DNA of 63,895 nt from Pocillopora damicornis (GCF_003704095.1 NW_020846686.1:310001-373895); one strand, 5' to 3'. Counted from the first letter of the stretch, positions 24,250 to 38,280 are shown. Numbers and translations: made by a program. Notes: generated from the letters alone by a model not told the origin.

Positions 24250-26686
24250 TTTATAATAATAGTAATATAGGATTTCAATAGCGCTCACCCTAGAGTTCGG
24301 AGCGCTTTACAATATGTGCAATTAAAATAATTATAGATAATTAACTAAATTAACCAGGAAATAATACTAGCAAATTAGTTAATATTAATAGTCCTACAGA
24401 TCGAAAGCTTGACTAAAAAGATAGGGCTTGAGCTTTGACTTAAATGTCGCAGGTGATGGTGCCTGTCGTATGGTGTCTGGGAGCTTGTTCCACAGGTAGG
24501 GCGCAACATAACTAAATGACCTGCTTCCATAAGTCTTAAGTTTAAACTTAGGCACTTGCAAGAACTGTTTGTTAGAAGAGTGTAGAGTTCTAGCTGGTGT
24601 GTACTGCATTAGCAAGTCCGATATATTTTGAGGCGCCAAGGCATTCAAGGCCTCATATGTAAGTAGTAATATATTGAAAGATATACGTTGTTTAACAGTT
24701 AGCCAATGGAGATCCATTAAGACTGGCGTAATTCTATCATACTTGTGAGTACGGGAGACTAAGCGCATTATGAACATGCTGAAGCTTATCTATTAAGTAT
24801 TGTGGCAGCCCAGCCAATAATGAATTACAGTTATCTAGCTTGGTCGTTATGAATACATGGACCAATGTTTCCATGTCTTTTAGAGAAAGACAGTTCCTGA
24901 TCCTTGATAGACTACGTATATGGCAAAACGCCATCTTACAAATGTGATCAATATGCTGTTCAAGGTCCATAAGACTATCAAAGATTACCCCAATGTTTCT
25001 ACCTTTTATTGACTTTCCTACTTTAACACCAGCGATTGTAATCTCGTCTATTGGTGGGCATGGGCAATGTTTGGCATGTATTACTAAATACCCAGTCTTT
25101 TCACGATTGAGTTTTAGTTTATTACATACCATCCAAGCGTAGATCTCACTAGCACAATCCTCCAATTTTGCAAGAGCAGCAGATACTTCATCAAGACTTG
25201 ATTTAAACGACACATAGATTTGACAGTCATCTGCATGGAGGTGGTAAAGGAGACCAAGCTTTTGAATGATGTCAGCAAGAGGGGCTGTGGAACGTTTATA
25301 CAAAATTGGCGCAAACACAGATCCTTGAAGCACTCCCCATAGTTGCTCCGTAGAGGACGATCTGGTATTCTTTACTCGGATAAACTGTCAGCGATCGGTG
25401 AGATTGGACGCAAACCATTGAAGGGCGTTTCCCTTGATCCCATATCGAGTACGCAGTCGGTTTAACAAGATGATGTGGTTGACCGTATCAAAAGCAGCTG
25501 ATGAATCTAACAACGAAAGAAGTACATTTTCCTGTTTAGCGATTGCATTCAAGATATCTGACTGGACTTTTACGAGAGCTTTCCGTACTGTGAGCAATTA
25601 TATAGGCAGATTGGAGCGCTTCCCGCAGTCCATTAGTATTAAGGTAGTCGATAAGCTGAGAAGCAGCGGCTTTCTCAGTCACCTTGGACAATAACTTTAG
25701 GTTAGAGATGGCCTAAAGTGAGGGAAATATTCATAGTCCAGAGACTATAGTCCAGAGCTTTGGTCTTACCATTGCCTCTTTAAAATGGTGTGGTATATTT
25801 CCCGTAGTTAGTAACAGGTTTACAATTCTTGTGATGACCGGCAGCAGTACATTCAAGCATTTCCTTAATAAAATTGAAGGAAGAGGATCTAAGTCACATG
25901 TCTTAAGGCCAGAAGAAATTAAATAGTCACTAACTTCAGCACTACTCACAGTACGGAAATCTGGAAATTCCCATTGACAGCAGGGAGAATCAGGCAGTGG
26001 ATTAATCACAGAATCAGATTCAGTTGATAAGGTGCAGCGCATCTTAGATATCTTCTCATGAAAGAAAGAAGCAAAGTCATCAACAAGTTGTTCATTTGAT
26101 GATGATATAGGATAACAGAGTTCTGATTTCCTGTGTAGTAGCTGATTTCCCTTGTTTTCCGAAATGATAGAGGAATAGTGATTAAATTTTGCGTTTTTTA
26201 TCATGTCATTAGTCACACCACACTGCGTGATATATAGCTCCCGGTCAATACAGAGCCCTAACTTACGCCATTGCTGCTCTAGCTTCCTTCGTTTCTTCTT
26301 CTCTACGTCAATAGAATCATTATACCAGGGTGCATGGGGTCTAAGAATAATTGTGCGCTTCTTAGTCGGTGCGTGTGTGTCTAAGAGACTGGTCAGCGTA
26401 CTCTCAAAGTTCTCTACAAGTGGTGTAACTTCCATATCTCGATAATCAGATAGGAGCGTCGAAGACATGATGTCAGTCTGCAATAATTTAGTGTCTACTG
26501 ACCTAAGCTTCCTGTAAGTAATATCTTTTTGCTCAAGTAATGGCCTTTTGAGCTTCACTTAAGAATAAACTGCATAATGATCAAACAATATAGGGCCGGG
26601 TTGAAGTCATCATCAGCACGAATGATGAGCAGATCTAAGGTATTTCCATTCTTGTGAGTTGGTTCGCTTACATGTTGTTCGATGTT
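24250..26686 (-). mobile_element. 5'-truncated L2-clade LINE nested in BEL gag
   Basis: [45 protein letters not shown]; 3' stem-loop AGCGCTC..GAGCGCT and (ATT)n tail. Confidence 0.92.
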
Positions 26687-27015
26687 AAATGCCTTTAGCA
26701 TGCGAAGAAACTTCTTTGGATAGGTTCATTACTGCTGATGTCATCGATGACATTGACGAGGCTAATGTTTCCACGGTTTTGGCATTTTTAGAAATCAATT
26801 CATAATCATTTTGTTCCTTTTGATAGGCGGCAAATTTCAGCGCAATTTGAAGGAAATCGGCCTTCACCTGGTCTCCAAGTTTCTTAGTTAATAACAAGGA
26901 TTCATCATCTGTGGCGGTGCCTTCATCTACCAATCTGTCTAAAATTGTTTCTTTTTTGTTTTTTGGTGCTTTGTCTCTACTTGATTTAATGCCGCTTCAA
27001 GAGTTTTCTGTTCTG
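26687..27015 (-). mobile_element. Probable BEL gag N-terminal remainder
   Basis: Coiled-coil-like ORF 26685-26933, colinear with the gag on the other side of the L2. Confidence 0.5.
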
Positions 27016-27019
27016 GCTC

Positions 27020-27250
27020 ATGGATCTTTCTCGAAAGTCCCATAAACTTTCCGGGCCCGAAAAGCCACTTAAAAAACTGCGATCTACTTATTCCAGAAAG
27101 CTGGCCTTTTACTATGATTTCAAGATATGAAAGGGCAAAGTTATTGCAAAATTTTACTCCTGGAAACGTCTTCGTCTTTGAGATACATAGGAAATTACAG
27201 CACCCGAAATTGACCCAGAAAGCTTCGGGAGTTTCGAGAACGGGCTCCAG
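27020..27250. mobile_element. MITE (Harbinger-like termini); second copy at ~35795-36021
   Basis: TCTCGAAAGTCCC ... GGGAGTTTCGAGAA inverted ends. Confidence 0.65.
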
Positions 27251-27494
27251 GTGAGGCTAGCAATTCACGATTCACAACTAAAATTGAACTCTTTACACGA
27301 ATCACGACCTTTTTCCCCCTCAGATCGGGTGTCCCGAATAACCCTGTACCACCCTGTTCAAAGAAACTTTTGTTCTTGCAGGAAATCTACGAAATAGCTC
27401 ACTCGACCTAGCACTAGCTAGCTGACGGCGTATTAGACAAGATAGCTGCTGTTTGAGGAGGGATACTGCTGAGACTGAAAATGATTTGCTACAC

Positions 27495-27727
27495 CGAGAT
27501 ATCATCGACAGACGACTGACATGCTGCCGACAGCCGACCATTAGGTAGCGATCGATATGTCGACCAAGTGGTCACCGCTAGTATCGATCGACACTCGATG
27601 GAGTGTCTACGAAAAGTAGGATTCTATTCACCAACCATCGACCGACTGTCAACTGACATGTCAACCGAGTGTCGACCGACATGTCGATCGCCACTCGACT
27701 GCGGGTGCCTTTGGTACACATGATCCG
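27495..27727. repeat. GTCGACCGA-rich repeat element; partial copy at 36255-36343
   Basis: Multiple TCGAC/TCGAT motifs ending gtacacatgatcc. Confidence 0.55.
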
Positions 27728-28433
27728 AACAATCAACTTTGTGTATAAATAAGACTAGGTATGTACTGATGATGCTCAAAAGAACAATCTGTGGTAAGAG
27801 AGCAGGCTTTCCTTTCCTCATCTAAAAAAATACTGAGGTTATTATCTTTCCACAAGCTCAGTGGAACGTGAGAGTGAGAAAGACTCAATGCGACTATGTT
27901 ATTTGAGTAAATATCTAGAGAAGAATAAAAGGCAAGTTATGGCACAACTTCCTTATTTTAATGTTATAACCTATTAAGCTAAGGCATTTATATTCTTGCT
28001 TTGTGCATCATGTGAATGCCAATCAATTTAATTTTATTCATGCAGGTCAAAGTAAAAGCATGGATTAAAATAGCAGAGCCCACTTTAATTTCAGTCCTAA
28101 TTAAAGGGGTATCTTTGCTTTTCCAGTTTCAAGCCTTTTAAAACTCATGTATCTTGTGACCAATTCCTTATATCAATGTTTAGTTTGGGTACGAGTATTG
28201 GTAAGAAACACCATGCGTTAATGAATGAACAAGAGTATTTAATGCAATTCAAATAATAATATTACATGTTACAATGTGGCAACTTACCCTGCTTCAACTT
28301 TTGAGGGCTTGAGGTAGAAATAAATAAATATGGTAAACAGTTATAATTAATACAAAGTTGAAAGTTTGAAAGCTAAGAGATATACATTACAATCATTAAA
28401 TCCTATGCATTTTAGCAAAAAAGGGTCAGTTAC

Positions 28434-28534
28434 TGTGTTGGTCCTTAACTCCGAATGAGCACAAACAAGAAACTCAACCAAACGTCAACGCGACGTTTTT
28501 TCTGAAAACGCAATATTATATATCAGCGGTATTG
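28434..28534 (-). repeat. Partial LTR, inverted copy of 28796-28971
   Basis: Reverse-complement match; different flank beyond the terminal CA. Confidence 0.8.
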
Positions 28535-28634
28535 NNNNNNNNNNNNNNNNNNNNNNNNNNNNNNNNNNNNNNNNNNNNNNNNNNNNNNNNNNNNNNNNNN
28601 NNNNNNNNNNNNNNNNNNNNNNNNNNNNNNNNNN

Positions 28635-28971
28635 AAGGACCACCTGTGATTCAAACAAGATCTGGTAGAATAATTCATAGACCGGGACGACTACGAGACT
28701 TTGTTTAAGGACGTTGTTTAGGACTTTGAACTGTCGTCGTCTGACTGATTGTTTGGTTGTTTCATTGCAAATAAGTTTTTTTATGAGAAGGGAGATGTGA
28801 TGTTATTTATGAAGTAGTGGCCAATACCGCTGATATATAATATTGCGTTTTCAGAAAAAACGTTGCGTTGATGTTCTCGTCAGTTGGTTGAGGTTGATCT
28901 GTTTACTTGATTAAAAAAACTGTTTGGTTGAGTTTCTTGTTTGTGCTCATTCGGAGTTAAGGACCAACACA
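28635..28971 (+). mobile_element. Gypsy 3' end: integrase tail, PPT and LTR 28796-28971
   Basis: PPVIQTRSGRIIHRPGRLRDFV*; gagaagggaga then TGTGATG...CAACACA. Confidence 0.85.
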
Positions 28972-29720
28972 ATTGGAATCACAAGTTGATCCACAAGGAA
29001 CATGCTGACAACAAGCGAGGTGCCACCGAAAGCCCTGTAGCGCCTGAGGATCTGGTTTTACTGAAGAACACAAAAATGTCTAGCAAGCTGGAAGCAAATT
29101 TCGAGAGTGAGCCATACACAGTGCAGACTAAGGAAGGTAGTGAGGTGACTGTTAGGTCCAAGGAGGGTTTGGAATATAGGCGAAACAGTGCATTGGTTAA
29201 GCGGTACAACCCACCAGGGGAATTACTGGAAACCACAGAGGCCATTTCTCAAGAAACACCCAATACCCTTCCACTAGAGGAGAGTATAGTGACATCAAGA
29301 CCAAGGTGGACTGTCAGAATGCCGAAGAAGTACAAGGATTATGTAATTTATAAACTGAACTCTGTTGACACGTTGGACTTCTGTTGAAGTCTGTTAGATT
29401 TGGTTCATGCTACTAGATTTTATTGGACAGTTTTTTTTTTGAGATAACTCAATACGAGCAGAACAGTTTTCATGCAGATTTATAATTTTCTTTTGCTGTT
29501 ATCTGTTTGTTTCTAAAGAAAGGAAAGGATGTAATGTATTGATAGTATTGTTTGCCGGAAGTTGTGTTAGCGGAAGTTCTTAGACATTGAAAACGTGCAA
29601 AGGATCATGGATAGTTGTGTGGGCCATGCTTTCCGGGTGTCATGGTGGCCAAATAAAGTGTAGTTTCTTTCTATAGTTAAATCTAGTTTATTATACGGCC
29701 ATCCAGGCAACATCGTTACA
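28972..29720 (+). mobile_element. Second Gypsy 3' end: GPY/F-like integrase tail, PPT and LTR 29530-29720
   Basis: DLVLLKN..KLEANFESEPYTV..YRRN..RPRWTVRMPKKYKDYV; aaagaaaggaaagga then TGTAATG...CGTTACA. Confidence 0.85.
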
Positions 29721-30384
29721 AAGTCAAATTCCTGGAGGGTAGAAAAGGTGTTGTTAAGGTACAACTGCGTTACTGCTGAAAAATGGTGGATTACAAGAAA
29801 ACTTATGGGAGTACGATGGGGGATTCACACTCCTAGGAGGTAGTTCACACTAGCAATATGTGCACATGCCACAAACACTGATTCAGAAGTGCAATGCTTA
29901 TTTGTTAAATTTGCTTGTCTGTTTGATTGGTATATGAAAAAAAAGTTCATCATTAAGAGAAAATATGTGATGGTTTATTAGCACTTAATTTAAAAACAGT
30001 CTTTAAGAAGTGTACATTTTACATTTGATATGTTCCTGTTCAATAATAGAACTAATACATGATTTCTAAATACCAATTACAATTCACTATTTTGAAGCAT
30101 TTGTATCTGTTAGTCATATCCTTGCTTCATTACAGTTACATGGGTACTACAAGCTAGTACATTTAAAAGATGACATATTAAACACCATACCGAATTGTCA
30201 TAATATAACTAAACAATCAGTTTCTATTATGAATTCACTGTCAATTCTACCTCACCAATCGATACTGCAGAATCACGTGAGATTGAGCATGTGACTGGCA
30301 AACCATACATGAGCAACTAGCAAACCCTTCTATGCAGCGAGGTAATTTGTTCTTCGGGGAGGAATTTACTCTCAACAGTGCGCT

Positions 30385-30920
30385 ATGGAGGAAAACTCGA
30401 ATCTTGTACTAGAAGGAGAAACTTCCCTGTCTCCAGCATCTATCCAGCAGGAATCCAGAAACAGGAAACAGCCTCATCCATCGCAAAAAAATGAAGACGA
30501 TTTCGAAGAAGCTGAGGAAGAACCAAGATGGCATTCCCACCGAAACAGACACCAACCTTGGAAACAAAAACAAGCCAGCTGAAGACTCCACTAAAAATTT
30601 GTGGGACGAAGACAAATCACCTCAGAGGTATACTTCAACACAATTTGGATCAAAGATTGAAGCTTTAATGGCAAAATTGTTGGGAACAGTGCAAACATCC
30701 CCCCAACAACAATCAAACGGGCAATCAGAATTGAATACCACACTTGAGGCTATGGAAAAAAAGTCTTACATTTCTCAAGGAAGTAGTGTCAGCAAGTTAC
30801 TTGAACGCTGCCTCTGACAGCAAAGACAAAATGCCTGAGTCTGAAATATCACAGGAAGGTGATGATTTATCAGACAACATCACTCAAATACTAGCAGCAA
30901 AAACGAGTGTGAAAACCAGA
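30385..30920 (+). other. Frameshifted low-complexity ORF remnant, possibly gag/ORF1-like
   Basis: Overlapping ORFs 30385-30582 and 30491-30817; no diagnostic motif. Confidence 0.25.
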
Positions 30921-30924
30921 TAGA

Positions 30925-33262
30925 CTAAAATGAAGTATTTAATTGGATGCATATACAGGGCTCCAGAAGAATCCCTTGAGGTCTTTGATTATTTGAACGA
31001 TGTTATGAAGCATGCGACTAATAATAGTTTAGAAGTCATTGTTATCAGTGATCTCAACTGTGACATTAATAGCACCTCAAGGCAGACAGAGAGGCTGCTG
31101 GAATGCACCATGGCCAATAAACTTGAATAATTGATTAGAGAACCAACCCATGTGACTTCATTAACATGCTCTCTTACTGATGTGTTAATCATCTCAATGG
31201 TTGTTTAGGAAGACAGATGCAATCAATATCGCTTTTAACGACCATTATCCAATCTACAGTGTCATTCATGGCTCAGTGATGCATGCAAACAAACATTAGA
31301 TCATAACAACGCGCTCCTGGAAAGAAAAAAAATGTAAACAGTTTTATAGCAGATCGGAAGCGAGTGCCATGGAGCATGATCAACTCTTTTACTGACGTTG
31401 ACAACATGTGTTCACCCTGGGAATTGTTAATGAAATCCTTGATTGACCAACTTTTTCTGCCAAAGAAGAAGCATATTCGAAGACAGACGCACCCTTGGCT
31501 CGACAGTATTGTTCTTAAACTAATGAGAACACGCGATCAAGTATACAGGAGGGAAAAAAGTCACAACTGTCCTTGGATTGGAATGAATAGAAATCCCTTT
31601 GAAACAGAGTCATCGCTATGAACAGAAAAGCAAGGAAGAATTATTTTAGAAATAAGCTCAAGGAAAACTGCGGTAAGCCCAAGGCCTTTTGGGACACATT
31701 ACGTCAAGTCTTGCCCTCCAAGAAAAACCGCACTGAGATCAACAAGTTAGTGGTTGATGGTGAAGAGCTAATCGACAAGCGTGACATCGCAAATTCACTG
31801 AATGAGTTTTTCACGACAATTGCTTTCTTGCTGTTAGCTAGTCAGAAATCCAACAGCTATTCATTTGAGCTACAACAGGTGAGCCCTTTAACAGTTCCCA
31901 GTCACAGCTTCATCTTTTGTGCCATGAGTGAAACAACGTCTTCAAGGCTCTATGAACCATGGAGATATCTAAGGCTACAGGTGTAAACACCATTCCGCCC
32001 AAAGTCATTAGAACTGCTGCACCATACATCAGCAATGTTGTAGCTAAGTTAATCAACACATCCTTCACATGCGGCCGCTTTCTATCCAACTGTAAAACGG
32101 CTAGGGTGACTCCCTTGTTTAAAGGAGGGCCCCAGACTGAATATAATAATTACAGAACAATCTTCCCTGTATCTCAAAAGTGTATGAATCGTTTGCCAAC
32201 ACTGATCTTCAAGGATCTGCAGCAGACACTGGCCTTATCAGTGACCACCAATTTGCATATGCTTATCTTAGCCATTGTCTGTACTTTCTTGGACCTAGGA
32301 CACTTTTGATGTAATCGAACACAACATCTTGATCAGCAAATTGTCAAAACACGGAGTGACTGGAAACGAACTTGAATGATTCAAAAGTTACTTACAGGGG
32401 AGAAACCAATTCGTGTTCCATGGAAGTGTCAAGTCTGAACGTCGTTTAATCATGCACAGAGTTCCGCAAGGTTCAGTTCTTGAACCTACTCTATTCAACC
32501 TCCATATAAACGACATCACCTACACCTGTACAGATTGTGAAGTAGTGCTATACACTGATGACATGAAAATTCACGCCAGTGCAAAAGATGTTAGTGCAGC
32601 AGAAAAACAAGTCAACAAAGACCTAGAAAGTACTGTCACAAGGTGGAATAAGAACGGTTGGATAAGTAATCACAAGAAATGTGAGGCCATGTTGATATCT
32701 AAGTACACTATTAAAAACACCCGAGTGTTACAGAGTATCCTTGACGGTAAACCAATGAAACAGTCAGATTGCTTTAAGTACTTAGGAATTTATAACGATC
32801 ATTGTCTGACCTTGAGCAAACATGTAGCCTATATACAATCTAGGGTTTACCCTAAACCGAAATTGCTCAATAGGATTTAATATTTCCTTAGTAGCAATAT
32901 TTTTCTCAGAATTTACAAGCAGACTGCGCTACCTTTGTTAGACTATGGTTGTAAAGTATAGGGCAAATGTAGCGAAGTGAATTTCCAATGCTTAGAGCGC
33001 CTGCAAAACCAAGCAATGCACATAATGTTGCATGCTGACCACAAGATGTACTCAGGAGATGCGTGCTAAATTGCAATTGTTATCACTGCAAAGCCTTTTC
33101 ATCAAGCTACAGTATTTTTATAAGATTATTAACAACATTAATTGCCCTAAGCAGTTGACAGGTTACTTAATGAAACGATCACAAAGACATTGTCTATCCT
33201 TCAGAGATCAAACATTAATAGATCTACTGCACGTTAAGACTAAATATGGACAGACCTCTGTA
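30925..33262 (+). mobile_element. Degenerate CR1-clade LINE ORF2 (APE endonuclease + RT)
   Basis: IGCIYRAP, ISDLNCD, HPWLD, VTPLFKGG..NNYR, VPQGSVLEPTLF..IND, YTDD, FKYLGI. Confidence 0.92.
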
Positions 33263-33689
33263 ATGTTCATGTAAACCGGAAGTTATCGATACCGGATGTT
33301 CGTTAGGAACTATGGGATATGTAGCAGAACGATTATGGCGTCCACCGATGCTGTAACACGTCTTCTTACAACTGTTTATTAAATCGTTGTCAATCGTTTG
33401 CATCTTGTTTTGAAATCCATTCAAAGCATCACAAATGGCGACGAGGATGGGATGCATGTAATCGAAGACGGAAATCTTTGCGTTTAAAGTGTTAAATCAA
33501 CCGGAAAATCCTACCGATCAACCTTATTTTCAATTCCTGCAGATTCTTCATCAACCACTTCGCCTTCGCAGCCTTCAACAGCTTCTGCANNNNNNNNNNN
33601 NNNNNNNNNNNNNNNNNNNNNNNNNNNNNNNNNNNNNNNNNNNNNNNNNNNNNNNNNNNNNNNNNNNNNNNNNNNNNNNNNNNNNNNNN

Positions 33690-35061
33690 TGTGATCTCGT
33701 CTATTGGTGGGCACGGGCAATGTTTAACATGTATTACTAAAAACTTTTCACGATTGAGTTATAGTTTATTACATACCATCCAAGCGTAGATCTCACTAGC
33801 ACAATCCTCCAATTTTGCAAAAATTGGCCCAAGCACAGATCGTTGAGGCACTCCCCATTGTAGCTCCGTAGAGGACGATATTTGGATAAACTGTCGGCGA
33901 TCGGTGAGATAGGACGCAAACCATTGAAGGGCGTTTCCCTTAATCCCATATCAGTACGCAGTCGGTTTAACAAGTTGATGTGGTCGACCCTATCAAAAGT
34001 GGCTGATAAGTCTAACAACAAAAGAAGTACATTTTTTGTTTATCGATTGCATTCAAGATATCTGACTGGACTTTTACGAGAGCTGTTTCCGTACTGTGAG
34101 CAATTTTATAGGCAGATTGGAGCACTTCCTGGAGTCAATTAATATTAATGTAGTCGATAAGCTGAGAAGCAACGGCTTTCTCAGTCACCTTGGACAATAA
34201 CTTTAGGTTAGAGATGGGCCTAAAGTGAGGGAAACATTCATAGTCCAGAGTCCTTATTTAGCTTTGGTCTTATCATTGCTTCTTTAAAATGGTGTGGTAC
34301 ATTTCCCGTAGTTAGTGACAGGTTTACAATTCTTGTGATGACCGACAGCAGTACATTCAAGCATTTCCTTAATAAAATTGAAGGTAGAGGATCTAAGTCA
34401 CATGTCTTAAGGCCAAAAGAAATTAATAAGTCACTAACTTCAGTAGTGCTCACAGTACGGAAATCTGGAAATTCCGATTTACAGCAGGGAGAATCAGGCA
34501 GTGGATTAATCACAGAATCAGATTCAGTTGACAAGGTAAAGCGTATCTTAGATATTTTCTCATGAAGTTCAAGTTGTTCATTAGATGATGATGTAGGATA
34601 ACAGGGTTCTGATTCCTGTGTAGTAGCTGATCAGTAGTTTTGAAAAGAACTTTCTGATTTCCTTTGTTTTCCGTAATGATAGAGGAATAGTGATTAAACT
34701 TNNNNNNNNNNNNNNNNNNNNNNNNNNNNNNNNNNNNNNNNNNNNNNNNNNNNNNNNNNNNNNNNNNNNNNNNNNNNNNNNNNNNNNNNNNNNNNNNNNN
34801 NNNNNNNNNNNNNNNNNNNNNNNNNNNNNNNNNNNNNNNNNNNNNNNNNNNNNNNNNNNNNNNNNNNNNNNNNNNNNNNNNNNNNNNNNNNNNNNNNNNN
34901 NNNNNNNNNNNNNNNNNNNNNNNNNNNNNNNNNNNNNNNNNNNNNNNNNNNNNNNNNNNNNNNNNNNNNNNNNNNNNNNNNNNNNNNNNTCTTTTCGCTC
35001 AAGTGGTGGCTTTTTGAGCTTCACTTGAGAATAAACTGCATAATGATCAAACAATATAGGG
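33690..35061 (-). mobile_element. L2 LINE fragment, same family as 24250-26686
   Basis: LLDLSATFDRVDH and LDPLPSILLRKC; colinear with 25040-26596. Confidence 0.9.
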
Positions 35062-35108
35062 CTATATATCTGTTTGTTTTCTTTTTGCAGATCTGAATTT
35101 CATTAAAA

Positions 35109-35157
35109 ATGCAACATCTATGGATTCTCACACCTATCGCATTGGGTATATGTTTAG
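35109..35157 (+). CDS. VWA gene first coding exon (signal peptide), orphan subfamily 1 copy
   Basis: ttgcag acceptor, MQHLWILTPIALGICL-G|gtaaga; paralog of 44847-44895 (-). Confidence 0.85.
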
Positions 35158-37099
35158 GTAAGAATGTCTGGCTTTTTTCATCCTTCCGTCCTTTATTCGA
35201 TCTCCTACAGCGGTTTATGATTTTAAGTTTAGAGGATGACNNNNNNNNNNNNNNNNNNNNNNNNNNNNNNNNNNNNNNNNNNNNNNNNNNNNNNNNNNNN
35301 NNNNNNNNNNNNNNNNNNNNNNNNNNNNNNNNNNNNNNNNCTTTGTGTCTTGTTCTGCGATGAAATTGTCAACCGAAACGGCATCCACAAATCTTTCCGG
35401 TTTGAACTGAAACTGAACGCAGCTTGCCAGTTTTCGCGCCGAGAATGACGTAGTTTCCTCGTGCGTACGATGACTAATCATCGTCCGTCCAATCAGACGC
35501 CACGAACCATGCTTTTTCACTCTGAAATTTCGCACGTGCGATTACTATTCATCGTCTGTCCAATCAGACACCGCGAACCATGCTTTTCCACTCTGAAATT
35601 TCATCGTTGGCGTCGCTTATTGGCTGTGACTTTAAACTGAAAGACTATTTTCATCACTCTCATTTCAGGAATAAGTCTCAGTACTTATATAAAAACAGTT
35701 TATTGATCATTAGTTACTATTAGATTCTCAGTTTGCACGAAAATTTACCCATGATTCACGAATCACAATCCGCAAAACACGGATCACGTTCACGGATCTC
35801 TCTCGAAAGTCCCGTAAACTCTCCGGGCCGAAAAGCCATTTCAAAAACTGCGATCTGCCTTTTCTAGAAAGCTGGCCTTTTACTATGATTTCAAGATACG
35901 AAAGGGCAAACTTGTTGTAAATTTCACTCCTGGAAACGTCTTCGTCTTTGAGATACGTAGGAAATTACAGCACCCGAAATAAGACCCAGAAAGTCTGGGG
36001 AGTTTCGAGAAACGGGCCCCAGGTGAGGCTATCAATTCACTAATCACAACTAAAATTGAACTCTTTTCACGAATCACGAGTTTTTCGCCCTCAAATCAGG
36101 CGTCTCGAATTACCCTGTACAACCCTGTTCAAAGTAACTTTTGCTATTGCAGGAAATCTACGAAATAGCTCACTCACTAACTAGCTGACGGCGTAGTAGA
36201 CAAGATAGCTGCCGTTTGAGGAGGGATACTGCTGAGAATGAAATTATTTGCTACACTGATATATCATCGACATGCTGCCGACAGCCGACCATTAGGTAGC
36301 GATCGATATGTCGACCGTGTGATCACTGCTAGTATCGATCGACGCGAAATTTGGTTCAGCAACTAAGTTCATGTGGTAAATTGACCACGTTACAAGAATT
36401 CGACAGCTCACGTTTTGAGCTTTTACCCCAGCCTTCATCAGAGCGAATTAGGGAATTATGGGTTGTTAGCCACACCTTTGGAATGAGTGGTATTTCCAGT
36501 TATTGTGTGGTAGTTAAATTGTGCCCATTATTAAAAGATATTTTTCCGTGCTAAAACCATGAACACCGGAAGATCCAGGAGTGGCCAGGTACAGAAAGTT
36601 CGAGGAAGCGACACGAAACCAGTAAAAGAATAGACAGTTACTAGTGAGAATTGTAACTGGAATTTTAGCAAATGGGATGGGAATGTAGAGCGTAATACCG
36701 TAAAATTCCTGTTAACCCCCACCTCGAAAAAAAATTCCCCAGTCTTGTATTACAAAGATCCCTTCGATAATAGCCCCTTTTCCCCCTTCGATTAAGTTTC
36801 ATCCGAAAACAAGCCTGTCAAAAACACCCAGTATTAAGGTATTTCCCCGATACGAAACACGGTGTTCCGGCTGTTCTGCGCAGTTCACGCGCCACTCACT
36901 TAGACATGCCAGACTTTTTCCGCGAGAGACTTGCTCCTCTTATTTACTAAAATGAATTAAGGACGAAATTGGTTCTCATACATTGATTACAGAGGAAAAG
37001 GCTCCTGAAAAGAAATGTTAATTTCTCTAGATGTGCACACCGGATTAATATTATTATTTGCTGACGGGAACCCGATGGATATCAGTGGTATGTAAAAAG

Positions 37100-37790
37100 C
37101 CAGTAAATAGCAGATTATTCGCAAGGTATTTATTCCTAGCCACTAAAAAGATGAAAAGGGTTGTTTTGTGACAACAAGTATGATTGGATTGACAGGAAAT
37201 GCAACCGATGTGGACTAGTGAAATCACTCCGGAGCGGATCGTTTTTTGAAAGTAGCAGGCTCTCACTACAGCGGCAGGTTCAGTTTCTCTGGAAATGGGC
37301 TCAAAAAGATTCCTTGAGAGCCATATTTTTCAAGGGGATTGCGTCGCGCAAAGTTCTCATCAAAATAGCTCGAAAATGTAGAGAAGTGGCCTGGCAGGCT
37401 TTAATCTTACACTCAATCCCAAGGCTTGGTGGACCAGGGGGCATTATTCAAATTGACGAGTCAAAATTTAGCCACAAGTCGAAAGTGAGTAAAAAAGGTT
37501 TGAATAATTTGGTAAGTAGCCAATACTACCACTGTAGAGTGCTCATTTGATAGGTTGAACATTGAGTGCTCGTTTGATAGGCAACACGCGCAAAGCAATT
37601 GGTCGACAGCAAAAGAAATTTATGAATTTATGTGGAGGAGATGGTATGGTGATACTCACCCAAATGGATGTTTTCAGCGTCTTTTGCAAGCTATTGCTAA
37701 GCAGAATCCGCTTTGAAATTGGTGGAGTCTGCAATGCGGTGCAAGATATACCAAGAAGCACAGAAAATAAAATGTTTAGAAATTTGAAAG
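37100..37790 (+). mobile_element. Merlin (IS1595/ISXO2-like) transposase remnant, copy 1
   Basis: KCNRC..SLRSGSFFESSRLSL..LGGPGGIIQIDESKFSHKSK|gtgagt (donor at 37485); deleted second exon. Confidence 0.88.
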
Positions 37791-38157
37791 GGGAGGGGAG
37801 GAAGATTCTGAAGCTTCAAATAGACCTTTCATGTTAAATGGGCAACTGATTTTACGGTACTGAAAAGAAAATTTAATAAGACACTAACTGTTGCAGACAC
37901 TTGAGTAGGTTTACAGTAAAAACCCACAAGTAAGAACCCACTTTTTAAGAACCTGTTAGGCTGAAGTTTGCCAATTGGACCCCTTCTGTACAAGAACCTC
38001 TTTAGCCTAACATTTGAAACATGTTCTTATTTTATATAAAACTAAACATTGCACACTTCAGCAAATAAGATAGAACAACATTTTCGACCTCTTTGGAGAC
38101 ACAGATGCAATCAACTTTTCTCATTATAGTCAATTTCCCGTGAATGGTGGGAAGGAA

Positions 38158-38280
38158 GAGGGGGGAACCGGGGGGCGGGAGCCCGGGAGAGTAGAGGGCG
38201 GGAAGGGTGCGGGAGGCGGGAGAGGAAAGGGTGGGAAGCGGGAATTCTAAAAGGGCGGGAAGCGGGAGAGAAATGCAAAA
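38158..38280 (+). repeat. G-rich (GCGGGA)n repeat end; inverted copy 40447-40576, relative 39255-39375
   Basis: Repeated GCGGGA/GGG tracts. Confidence 0.7.

Noticed and set aside
37161-37550. Bacterial IS1595 contamination or recent horizontal transfer
   Set aside because: A spliceosomal intron and eukaryotic flanks indicate a Merlin element
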